DNA from: Chitinophagales bacterium
Lineage (GTDB): Bacteria; Bacteroidota; Bacteroidia; Chitinophagales; LD1
Direction of reading: 5' to 3'
Length of the DNA stretch: 64,000 nt
Assembly: GCA_044228435.1 (NCBI GenBank)
Contig: JBGAUW010000007.1
Span: 158,989-222,988, forward strand
Shown here: positions 31,569-40,600 of the stretch, one piece after another
Position numbering within the stretch: the stretch's first letter is position 1
Layout of the letters: the number at the start of each line of letters is the position of its first letter
The notes under the pieces: generated by a model
What the model was told of the DNA's origin: nothing
Database searches by the model: none
Seen by the model: the letters and a program-made list of their open reading frames with translations, nothing else
Position numbers and translations under genes: made by a program

Positions 31569-33413
31569 TTACTCAGCCTTATCTTCTTTAGCGGCATCAG
31601 CATCTTGCTGGTCCATTTTCTCTTTCAATTCGCTTAGTGCGCTAAGGTCGCCAAGGGTTGTTTTTTCAACACTCTTCTGCATAGCCTTAACGGTTTTAGC
31701 TGTTTTTTCGCGTTCAACTTTCTTTTCTTTTCTTTCGCCTTCAACCGCTTCGTTCTTAGCTTCTTCCCAAATGCGGGCGTGAGAAACCAGTATACGTTTA
31801 TCGTTACGGTTAAATTCGATTACCTTGAATTCAGTTTTTTCGTCGGCAGCTACAAAGCCACCGTTTTCCTTAGCTAAGTGTTTTTTAGGAGCAAAAGCTT
31901 CTAAACCGTATGGCAACAATACAATACCGCCTTTATCATCGCTGCTTAGCAATGTAGCTTCGTGTACTGAACCTACCGGGAACACATTTTCGAAAGTATC
32001 CCATGGATCTTCTTCAATTTGCTTGTGGCCCAGGGTTAGTTTGCGGTTTTCGTGGTCAATATCCAATACTACCACATCTAACTCGCTACCAACTTTGGTA
32101 AACTCGGTAGGGTGATTGTAACGTTTTGTCCATGATAAGTCGCTGATGTGAACCATACCACCAATACCATCGGCAAGTTCAACAAACACACCGTAAGGGG
32201 TGATGTTTTTAACTACGCCCTTGGTTTTAGTACCTACAGGGAATTTCTCAGCTATCTTAATCCAAGGGTCTTCGGTTAATCTCTTTAACGAAAGCGACAT
32301 TTTGCGCTCTTCGCGGTCAAGGGTCATAACGATTGCCTCGTGTGTTTCGGCCGATTTGAAGTATTCGCGGCTGTTGATTGGAGTGTTGCTCCAGCTAACT
32401 TCCGATACGTGAATAAGACCTTCTACACCCGGAGTAATTTCAAGGAATGCACCGTAATCTTCAATGTTTACGATTTTACCTTTCACCTTGCTGCCAATTT
32501 CGATGTCCTTATCTAAAGTATCCCATGGGTGCGGCTGTAATTGCTTTAAGCCCAGGCTTATTCTCTTCTTGTTATCATCGTAATCCAATACCACCACGTT
32601 CAATTTCTGGTTCAGTTCAAGCACCTCTTTAGGGTGTGCTATGCGGCCCCACGAAATATCGGTAATGTAAAGTAATCCGTCAACGCCACCAAGGTCGATA
32701 AACGCACCGAAGTCGGTGATGTTCTTAATCGTTCCTTCCAATACCTGGCCTTTCTCCAACTTGCCAATGATAGCTTCGCGTTGGCTTTCGATATCCGATT
32801 CAATAAGCGCTTTGTGAGAAACCACCGCGTTCTTAATTGCTTCGTTAATCTTCACCACTTTCAACTCCATAGTTTTACCTACATACACATCGTAGTCGGT
32901 AATTGGCTTAACATCAATTTGCGAACCTGGTAAGAAAGTTTCCAAACCAAATACGTTAGCGATAAGACCGCCCTTGGTTTTGCTGCTAATTTTACCGGTA
33001 ACAACAATACCAGTTTTGTGAGCATCCACAATCTCATCCCATGCTTTAAGCATGCGGGCGTTTTTGCGGCTAAGTTGCAGTATACCTTTTTTGTCTTCTT
33101 TGTTTACAACGTAAACGTCGTATTCGCTACCAACTTTCAATTCTTCAATATCGCGGAACTCAGAAAGCGGCACAAGTCCGTCTGATTTAAACCCGATGTT
33201 TAAAACCACATCTGTGTTGGTAATAGCTACTACGGTTCCCTTAACAATCTCATCGTTTTCGATGGTTTTTAAGGTAGACGAGTAAAGCGCATCGTAACTA
33301 ACTTTTTCGCTATCGGAGTAACGCACAACATTGCGTTTATCTACGCTCCAATCGAAATCATCGTGAGCCGAGGGCGCTACAACCGCTGTGTTTTCTACTG
33401 TATTTTCTTCCAT
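31569..33413 (-). CDS. rpsA: 30S ribosomal protein S1
   Basis: Six S1 repeats (FLPGSQID, NITDFGAFIDLGGVDGLL, RISLGLKQL) and a Bacteroidota-type N-terminus (DDFDW). ATG at 33413. Confidence 0.97.
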   Translation of the reverse strand: MEENTVENTAVVAPSAHDDFDWSVDKRNVVRYSDSEKVSYDALYSSTLKTIENDEIVKGTVVAITNTDVVLNIGFKSDGLVPLSEFRDIEELKVGSEYDVYVVNKEDKKGILQLSRKNARMLKAWDEIVDAHKTGIVVTGKISSKTKGGLIANVFGLETFLPGSQIDVKPITDYDVYVGKTMELKVVKINEAIKNAVVSHKALIESDIESQREAIIGKLEKGQVLEGTIKNITDFGAFIDLGGVDGLLYITDISWGRIAHPKEVLELNQKLNVVVLDYDDNKKRISLGLKQLQPHPWDTLDKDIEIGSKVKGKIVNIEDYGAFLEITPGVEGLIHVSEVSWSNTPINSREYFKSAETHEAIVMTLDREERKMSLSLKRLTEDPWIKIAEKFPVGTKTKGVVKNITPYGVFVELADGIGGMVHISDLSWTKRYNHPTEFTKVGSELDVVVLDIDHENRKLTLGHKQIEEDPWDTFENVFPVGSVHEATLLSSDDKGGIVLLPYGLEAFAPKKHLAKENGGFVAADEKTEFKVIEFNRNDKRILVSHARIWEEAKNEAVEGERKEKKVEREKTAKTVKAMQKSVEKTTLGDLSALSELKEKMDQQDADAAKEDKAE

Positions 33414-33522
33414 TATTATTAACACGGTCCTTATTTATTCTCACCCCGTGTGCGTGAGTTTAGTTTGTTTGTTATTCCTTATTAGCTGCCTGCGGCAAGG
33501 CCATGGCGGGCTAAAAGGGGCG

Positions 33523-33553
33523 CAAAAATAGTGATTTAATGCAGAATGACAAA
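33523..33553 (-). promoter_or_regulatory. Bacteroidota housekeeping promoter for rpsA
   Basis: On the minus strand TTTG (33553-33550), 19 bp, then TATTTTTG (33530-33523): an exact -33/-7 consensus. Confidence 0.8.
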
Positions 33554-33595
33554 TTGACTATGGACGGCTGACGGCCGCCAAAGGCCAATCCAATC

Positions 33596-33665
33596 TTACC
33601 CCTTTGTCCTTCGGACATTTCCCCTCATCCGCCTTCGGGCACCTTCTCCAAAAAGAGAAGGGAAA
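33596..33665. repeat. REP-like palindromic cluster
   Basis: TGTCCTTCGGACA hairpin, then CCTCATCCGCCTTCGGGCACCTTCTCC-aaaaa-GAGAAGGG. A related copy lies at ~42419-42467. Confidence 0.55.
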
Positions 33666-33787
33666 AGGAAAATATTTATTTGAGCGGGGAAACCGTTTTT
33701 GCCTAAGATACTGCGCTTAAAAAATATCTTCAGTTAAATCAACTCCGTTTTTCTGCCTACCTTATTTTTAATACAACCATCTTTTTA

Positions 33788-34306
33788 TCAATGTTTTGCA
33801 ATACTTTTTCGCCTTCTTTTTCTGGGCGCATAACTACCATCCATTTTGTTTAGTTGCCTTATGCAGCGAATAATTTGACGGGGTTTGGGGGTAATGGGTA
33901 TTAGTACCCATTGGCCTTTAATAACCTTGTATTTGGTTAGGTAGGCTTTGCCGCGCATTACCTGGCTTAGTAGTTGGGCTTCCTGCCCCATGGTTGATGG
34001 ATAAATACGGTAGTTGCGGTTTACATTGGCAGCGGTAACCGTAAAGGTTTTAGCCCTTGCCTTTTTAGGTGCAGGTTGAGCGACCGGGGCATTGCCTGCT
34101 TTGGTTGGCTGTGGGGCTTGTGGTTGGGCACCCTGCAGCATAGTTAGGTAGATGAGCACGTTGGGCTGTTGCACTAACCTATGCGCATTAGTTTTGCAGG
34201 TGGTGCTGTTTTTATTTTTGTAGGCTTTACGGTAGGCACCGGCACCGCTCTCTCCACCAGCCAGCAGGCGGCAGAATTTTTTGCGTTGGGGGTTAATAGC
34301 TCTCAT
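33788..34306 (-). CDS. Phage terminase small subunit-like protein (orphan)
   Basis: N-terminal INPQRKKFCRLLAGG...AYRKAY...KTNAHRLVQQPNV matches the TerS HTH pattern. LLSQVMRG and IRCIRQLNKMDGSYAP match the TerS oligomerisation region. Confidence 0.65.
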   Translation of the reverse strand: MRAINPQRKKFCRLLAGGESGAGAYRKAYKNKNSTTCKTNAHRLVQQPNVLIYLTMLQGAQPQAPQPTKAGNAPVAQPAPKKARAKTFTVTAANVNRNYRIYPSTMGQEAQLLSQVMRGKAYLTKYKVIKGQWVLIPITPKPRQIIRCIRQLNKMDGSYAPRKRRRKSIAKH

Positions 34307-34328
34307 CAGTAGTATTTAGTTTTTCATA

Positions 34329-34359
34329 CAAAGTTATGAATTTTTTATTAAATACGCAA
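34329..34359 (-). promoter_or_regulatory. Putative Bacteroidota promoter for the TerS-like gene
   Basis: TAACTTTG (-7 consensus TAnnTTTG) at 34336-34329, with TTG about 20 bp upstream. Confidence 0.5.
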
Positions 34360-34364
34360 GGGAG

Positions 34365-34704
34365 AGGCAAGATTCAAGAGCCAAGACACAAGACAACACA
34401 TTAATAACAATAAAGAGTAAAGATGAACGGCAGACCGCTCTAGCACACTAATACATAAATGCGCAGGACTCTCCGACCTATAAGGACTCAGCTTTGGCAC
34501 ACGTAAAGGGTTACTCAGACCGCTCTAGCACACTAATTCATAAAAGCGCAGGAATTTTATTAAATATGCAACAGGCAAGATTCAAGAGCCAAGACACAAG
34601 ACAACACATTAATAACAATAAAGAGTAAAGATGAACGGCAGACCGCTCTAGCACACTAATACATAAATGCGCAGGACTCTCCGACCTATAAGGACTCAGC
34701 TTTG
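34365..34704. repeat. Non-coding direct repeat: two identical 132-bp units with a 38-bp core present three times
   Basis: 34365-34496 equals 34573-34704 (offset 208 bp). Core CAGACCGCTCTAGCACACTAATWCATAAAWGCGCAGGA lies at 34431, 34516 and 34639. Confidence 0.92.
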
Positions 34705-34743
34705 TAACTTTTAAAAAATTGACAAAGCTAAAGATATACAGCC

Positions 34744-34768
34744 GGGCACCCGCGAGGGCTGCCCCTAC
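34744..34768 (-). repeat. GTAG-type REP element
   Basis: The minus strand reads GTAG-GGGCAGCCC-TCGC-GGGTGCCC directly after the stop of the 555-aa gene. Confidence 0.55.
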
Positions 34769-34769
34769 A

Positions 34770-36437
34770 TCATTGCTTTACCACTTGCTTAACCGTACAC
34801 TCTCCATCAACCTCTACGGTTACAAAAAACACGCCGTTGGGCAGGTAGCTTAAATCGAGCATTTTGGTGTAGTTGTTAGCCAGGTTGCCCTCTTGCTTTT
34901 GGTAAAGGGTTTGGCCGGTTAGGTTGGTAATAGTAAAAGTGGCTTTATGCTCACCCCTTTGTTTAAAGGTTACTGCAATGCTTACATCGCTGGTAAACGG
35001 GTTGGGGTAAACTTGTATTTGGGTTTGGGTGGTTTTCTGTTGTTCGTTTTCTATGCTGCTGTATTCTTCCATGCAGAATTTGAGCAGCCAATAATCAGTA
35101 GAAGAATCCCAGGCAGACTGGCTTTTATCCCAACCGGCATCGGCCCAACTTGTGCTACATACTACATAACATCCATCTTTAGATTGTATTGCGCTGCTAT
35201 ATGAGGCACCCCGCCCCCCAACCATGATAGTTTTATCCCATTGCTTGTTGCCTAAGCTATCTATTTTTACAAGCCATGGTTGCACATAGGTTCCAGCCAC
35301 ATTATTTTCCGATTTATCGCCACTTAAGGGTGATTGCGAATCGCCGCAGAGTAAATAACCACCATCATCGGTTTTTGCAATGCTGTTGAGTTGATCTTCG
35401 TTTGTGGCACCATAAGCTTTATCCCAAATTTTATTACCTACAGAATCAATCTTTATAATCCAATAATCCAGTGATCCATTTCCGAGTTGGGTTTTATCGC
35501 CATCCATATCGGAGTAACTGCCACCGGCTAATATAAAACCATTATTATCAGTAGTTTGAATAGAATATAGAAGCTCGCCCCATATACCTCCATATCGTTT
35601 ATCCCATAACTTAGTACCTGCACTATCGGTTTTAACTATCCAAAAATTTTCGTATTGTCTTTTCCAATTTGCCTGGCTTTTATCGCCGCTGCTATCAGAC
35701 GTAGAAGTTCCCCCTACCAGATATCCACCGTCAGAGGTTTGCTTAACAGCAGTTCCAAACTCATACAAATCGCCCCCGTAGCGTTTGTCCCATTGTTTAT
35801 TACCGGCCGAATCAATTTTCACTACCCAGTAATCTTCTTTATTACCACTGCCCCAATTCGATTGTGTTTTGTCTCCAACAAGGCCAGAGGTGGATGTACC
35901 TGTAATTATGTAGCCGCCATCTGTTGTAGGCTGTATTTCGCCTGAAAATTCATTTCCATTGCCACCAAAGCGTTTATCCCACTGTTTATTACCAAGGCTA
36001 TCAATTTTTACAATCCAGTAGTCGAAGCCACCGCGGCAATTTTGCGATTTATCACCGTCTGCATTTGAGTAAGAGTCTCCGGCTAAAATGTATCCACCAT
36101 CGTTAGCTTGTTGTATTTGATATAAATTATCCTGCAACTTCCCTCCATATCGTTTACTCCATTGCTTTTGGCCTAGTGCATCTAATTTTACTATCCAATA
36201 GTCATAGTGATTTAGTGTGCTATCCCAATTACTCTCTGTTTTATCTCCGCTCGTTCCTGAAGAGGCGCTCCCCCCTATAACATATCCACCATCCCACGTT
36301 TGAATAAACATATCTCCTAATATGTCCTCACTAGTACCTCCGTACCGGTAATCCCATTGTTTATGATAAACATATTGGGCACTTAACGATAAAGCAGCTA
36401 AGCAAAACAAAAACCCTAAAACAACTACTTTAAACAT
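34770..36437 (-). CDS. T9SS type A CTD-secreted beta-propeller repeat protein
   Basis: About seven WDKRYGG...DGGYILAG.S.S...GDK.Q...DYWIVKIDS.G repeats, signal peptide and a VYPNPF...TNLTGQ...GVFFV CTD. The start overlaps the upstream stop (TGATG). Confidence 0.9.
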   Translation of the reverse strand: MFKVVVLGFLFCLAALSLSAQYVYHKQWDYRYGGTSEDILGDMFIQTWDGGYVIGGSASSGTSGDKTESNWDSTLNHYDYWIVKLDALGQKQWSKRYGGKLQDNLYQIQQANDGGYILAGDSYSNADGDKSQNCRGGFDYWIVKIDSLGNKQWDKRFGGNGNEFSGEIQPTTDGGYIITGTSTSGLVGDKTQSNWGSGNKEDYWVVKIDSAGNKQWDKRYGGDLYEFGTAVKQTSDGGYLVGGTSTSDSSGDKSQANWKRQYENFWIVKTDSAGTKLWDKRYGGIWGELLYSIQTTDNNGFILAGGSYSDMDGDKTQLGNGSLDYWIIKIDSVGNKIWDKAYGATNEDQLNSIAKTDDGGYLLCGDSQSPLSGDKSENNVAGTYVQPWLVKIDSLGNKQWDKTIMVGGRGASYSSAIQSKDGCYVVCSTSWADAGWDKSQSAWDSSTDYWLLKFCMEEYSSIENEQQKTTQTQIQVYPNPFTSDVSIAVTFKQRGEHKATFTITNLTGQTLYQKQEGNLANNYTKMLDLSYLPNGVFFVTVEVDGECTVKQVVKQ

Positions 36438-37699
36438 CAGTATTTAATTAACTTACCGGTAAATATACTGCCATTATTTAGCATTAATTGATAAAAATAA
36501 ACACCCCCGCCTTGGCCTGCGGCTTCCCATTTTATTTCGTTGTGTTTTGCTGGTTTAACCTGCCTTTGTATATAATCCACTATACGGCCGTTCAGGTCTT
36601 CTATTTTTAACTGTATACCCATATCCTGATTTACCCCGGCTATATTAAAAGTAAATGTACCCAGCGAAGGATTCGGAAATACTGTTACGCTTAAATCCAG
36701 GTTAACATCTTGTATTTGTGCTTTTACAGTATCGGTATTATCTGTTTTGTAGGTTGCTACTTGGGCTACCCGTGGCTCATCGGGGTCGGTTCCGGCATCG
36801 GGCCCATCGGGTAGCAGCATTTTAGGGCAATCGATAGGATAATCAGCTTTTGTCCAATCTATTTTGCATAGTTTTTGGCTGCTTACATAAAACAAACTAC
36901 CTAAACTGCCGGGTTCTAACGCCAAGGCACCATTTGCAGGGCCCGAGGCATGAAGCGGTGTGGAATACCAGTTCGGTTCTTTGCCTTTATCCATATCATT
37001 ATAGAAATACCAAAGGCGATTGTTACGGTTTGTATAGTAAAGTTGAGCAGATTCAGTACTTATTACCATATTGGCATCGGGTGCTTCGATGAGCCAGTAA
37101 TATTTTTTTGCATCGTTGTAAAACGCTTCACATGTTTTTCCAAGTTTTTTTAATGCTGAAATGTTCACGGCATTGTAATCCCAATTATAACCATATATGT
37201 TATTATCGCTATTTACTCCTTTTATAAATATGCGTTCATTTTTCTCATCACTGGCTAATGAGCCTCCTATATCTTCTGCTATAATGCCCTGTTCGCGCCA
37301 ACTATTATTAAACCAACTTTGCTGACGTAAGTTAAGCTCATGATCTTCTATGAAAAGCAGGCAGCCGCAACTGTGCACAATTAAACCTGCAGCCAGTGTT
37401 CCTGCAGAAAGTGAGCCATTTACTCCTACTGCAACTACGTGGCCTTGTAAATTAGGGTCAGCGCACCAGGCATAAATAAAACCATCGCTGCCAATAAAAA
37501 ACAAACGCCCGAGTTTATCTATATTAAGTGAACCGGCACATGTAATGCCCGTACCCTGATTTATCCAAGTGGTGCCGGTCCATTGAAAGAACTTTATTTC
37601 GCTGTGTATGCTATAGTAATACACCCGTGTGCCATAAACGGTAATTCCGCCTGCTACATCCATAACATCGGCTCCATTGTTATGCAAAGCATATTCCAC
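36437..37699 (-). CDS. C-terminal part of a split T9SS adhesin (lectin-like beta-propeller + type A CTD)
   Basis: In frame with, and directly after, the TAG of the upstream ORF. No signal peptide. Ends in a VFPNPS...DLNGR...GVYFY...TGKLIK CTD. Confidence 0.75.
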   Translation of the reverse strand: MEYALHNNGADVMDVAGGITVYGTRVYYYSIHSEIKFFQWTGTTWINQGTGITCAGSLNIDKLGRLFFIGSDGFIYAWCADPNLQGHVVAVGVNGSLSAGTLAAGLIVHSCGCLLFIEDHELNLRQQSWFNNSWREQGIIAEDIGGSLASDEKNERIFIKGVNSDNNIYGYNWDYNAVNISALKKLGKTCEAFYNDAKKYYWLIEAPDANMVISTESAQLYYTNRNNRLWYFYNDMDKGKEPNWYSTPLHASGPANGALALEPGSLGSLFYVSSQKLCKIDWTKADYPIDCPKMLLPDGPDAGTDPDEPRVAQVATYKTDNTDTVKAQIQDVNLDLSVTVFPNPSLGTFTFNIAGVNQDMGIQLKIEDLNGRIVDYIQRQVKPAKHNEIKWEAAGQGGGVYFYQLMLNNGSIFTGKLIKY

Positions 37700-40600
37700 C
37701 TAGTGCGGACCGCTTAAGTAAGCGTTGTACAACTTATGGTCGGTGCCTACATAATACATTTTTTTTAATCCCGGCTCGTTACTATGGGCAATTTTGGTGT
37801 TATTTAAAATATCGTGTGTTAGGTTGTTTATGGTATTAGCTATGTAAAGCGGCTTATTATTATTGGCGTAATGGGTAGGCGGCAAATCGATTGCATTATT
37901 ATTGTTGAGGGTTTCTAACGTTCTCGCTTCGCCGCTTGGAGCAATATTTTGAAGTATCTGCGCACCTGGATTGGAAACATTAATACTGTTTTTGGGAGTA
38001 TAATAACGGAAATAATCTACCTGAAAATCGCAGGACGTCCAAGTAGGTGTAGGTGCCCAAGGCACATTCCAATCATAAACTTGTAGACAAATATAAAAGG
38101 GAGCTTCCCAGGTTGAGCCAGAATACACAGCATTAGGCCAGCGATGGGCAATCAGGCGACTATCGCAACTGGAAATAGCGGCATCTTCGTTCCGCGCGTG
38201 GTCAACATCGGCATATGTAGTAGACCAGGTTTGCTTACCATCTATAAAAAGAAATATCTCGGTGCCGGTAGAAACCATGGAATAAGTATGAAAATCATCC
38301 CAAAAATTACATGGTGTTTGCTTTACGATATTTATGTTACAACTGCCTTGGTCCTCTTTATTACCATCGCAATTTAAATCTAATTCCTTGTCTCCCACCG
38401 GTTGTGTAGTGCCATGATGAGAACCATCGGGGTAGCTTCCGGCTCCGTCAAAAACACAAAAGTCGGTAATGCCGAAAAAATTCCAAACTGCCGGCCCTGC
38501 ACTTGAAAATGAGGGGTCGGGCATTTTACACCTTACTTCCCACAAAGAATTGACTACAGGATAATTGAATTTGCTGCTGAGTATGCCGGATTTATAAAGA
38601 TATGTTTTGCTATAGCCTCCCCAATCGAAGGTTACTCCCGGATCGGGCAGGCGGGTGGCCACAATATGGCAAATACCATCATCAGAAAAACCTACTTCGT
38701 GCGCCTCCCCATGTAAGGGGGAAATGTTTGTGTTACATGGAAGAGCATTATTATCAATATAATCTAACTCCTGCCAATCCGCGTAATCGTATAAATAAAT
38801 GTCGCGAGCATCTATTCCGGGTTTTGTATGCGCTGCGCGGCTGCAGTAGTTATCCTTAAGTGTAGGCGACCCAAAAACCAAATCCCATTTGGCATTCACC
38901 TGAGTACTAATTTGAGGATTTTCCGGGTAAATCATTGATTGCCCAGAATTTTCGGCATAATTAAATTCATCACTATTCGTTTCATCCAATCTCCATTTAC
39001 TTTTATCCAATAAACCGGCACTGAGGGTTGGTAAAAGGGTTTCTATTTCTGTTTTAGCCGCCTTGCTTGTTTTTCCGGTGCTGCTGTTGCGGGTGCGTAG
39101 CCATAAGGTAGTATCGGTAGCGCCTGACAAAGTTAAAGTTATGGTGGCCGGATGAGTGGCCGTATTTACCTTTGTTGAGCCAATAAAAGCACTATTGGTG
39201 GCCCATTCAATTTGGTTGCCACCGCTACCTGCGTTAATTTCATTAAATACAAGGGTTTTTACCTGGGTAGCGCTATCCAGGTATACTTTTACGGGCGCGG
39301 GGGCTACAGGCGCAGCAATAGCGGTTACCTTTACCGGTTTATCGGCATAGGTGCTGCCGCAACCTGCCGGGCCATACATAGTGGCGCGCAGTATAAAGGC
39401 GGTATCGCTTATGCCATATACCTTGCCAGTAAGGGCCTCTACTGAGGCATTGCCACTAACAATACTATAAATGGCTTTAATACTGTTATTTGCTCCTGCG
39501 GTATATAATGCCGTATCGCTTATATAAACCAGCGTGTCGCCCTCTATGTAAACATTAGTATCTACCGCGCCTATGGTTGTTACCAAAAAACTTAAAGGTT
39601 GGGTAGTATCACCGCTAGCGGTATCGGTGTTTAGTAAAGTAAAAAATGTGTTGGTGTAAACATTGCCGGTGGTTAAATACAGAGTTGTATCGCTTCCAAA
39701 AGCGCTGTAAACTTTACCGGTATCGGTAAACAAATCGTACCGGTGGGTATGAAAGCTAACTGGTAACTTAATAGTTGCTGAGGTGCCGACACACACATTA
39801 ATTATTGAATCGACCGTGATGGGTTCGGGCTGATAAACATAAGTAACTATTGCTATAGAACTGCTGGCGTTACTGATACAGCCGGTAGTAGTATCTATAC
39901 TACGTAGCCAAAGTAAGCTGGACGATTGAGTGTCGACTGCCAACGATATAGCGCAATCGCTGGTATCGGTACCGGCAATAGTGGTATCGTAACAGGTCAT
40001 AAACCAACTGGTGGTAAAACTACTATCCAACGTCCATTCTAATTGGTTGCCGCCGTAGCCGGGGCGTAGGTTTACAAACTTAAAAGTGTAAGTAGTATCA
40101 CTGCTTACCGTAACCGGCACCGGAGGCGTGGGGGGCTCTGGTTTCAAATTAACCATTATAGTGGTATAAGTAAACCCACTTACGCAACCGGTAGTGTTTA
40201 CCCTGCTTTGCAGCCAAAAGGTGTCGGCACTTCCAACATTAATACTGACTTGCCATAGGCTATCGGCACTAAGCGTATCGGCATAAGTAAAGCCGGGGTA
40301 AATACCCCACACTAACTGATTAGCACCTGCACCAGCAAGGCTATCAAACACAAAAACAACACCGGTATCGCTACAGACTGTTTGAGGGGCGGGTGCATTT
40401 GGGGCAGAAGGATTTGCATTACTAGTTAGAGTTGCATTAACTGCACTACTCACACACCCCGTCGCACTTATTCTGCTTCTAAAGTAAATGGTATCGCCCA
40501 CACCGGCGTTTACGGTTACGTTTATATTGCTGCCGCTGCTAACGATAAAGCTGGTATCAAAGCTGCTGCGCTTGCTCCATTCAATTTGGTCGCCACCGCT

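Noticed and set aside
33556-33790. attL copy of the tRNA-Ser 3' end marking the far island boundary
   Set aside because: I could not find a direct repeat of the tRNA 3' sequence in the same orientation by eye. The island boundary remains inferred.
34431-34676. CRISPR array (three 38-bp repeats)
   Set aside because: The spacers are 47 and 85 bp, flanking sequence is itself duplicated rather than unique, and there is no cas gene in the window.
37700-37702. Genome-wide TAG reassignment or pyrrolysine insertion
   Set aside because: TAG ends intact genes at their expected C-termini elsewhere (for example the thiolase at 1660-1662), and no pyl genes or suppressor tRNA are in the window.
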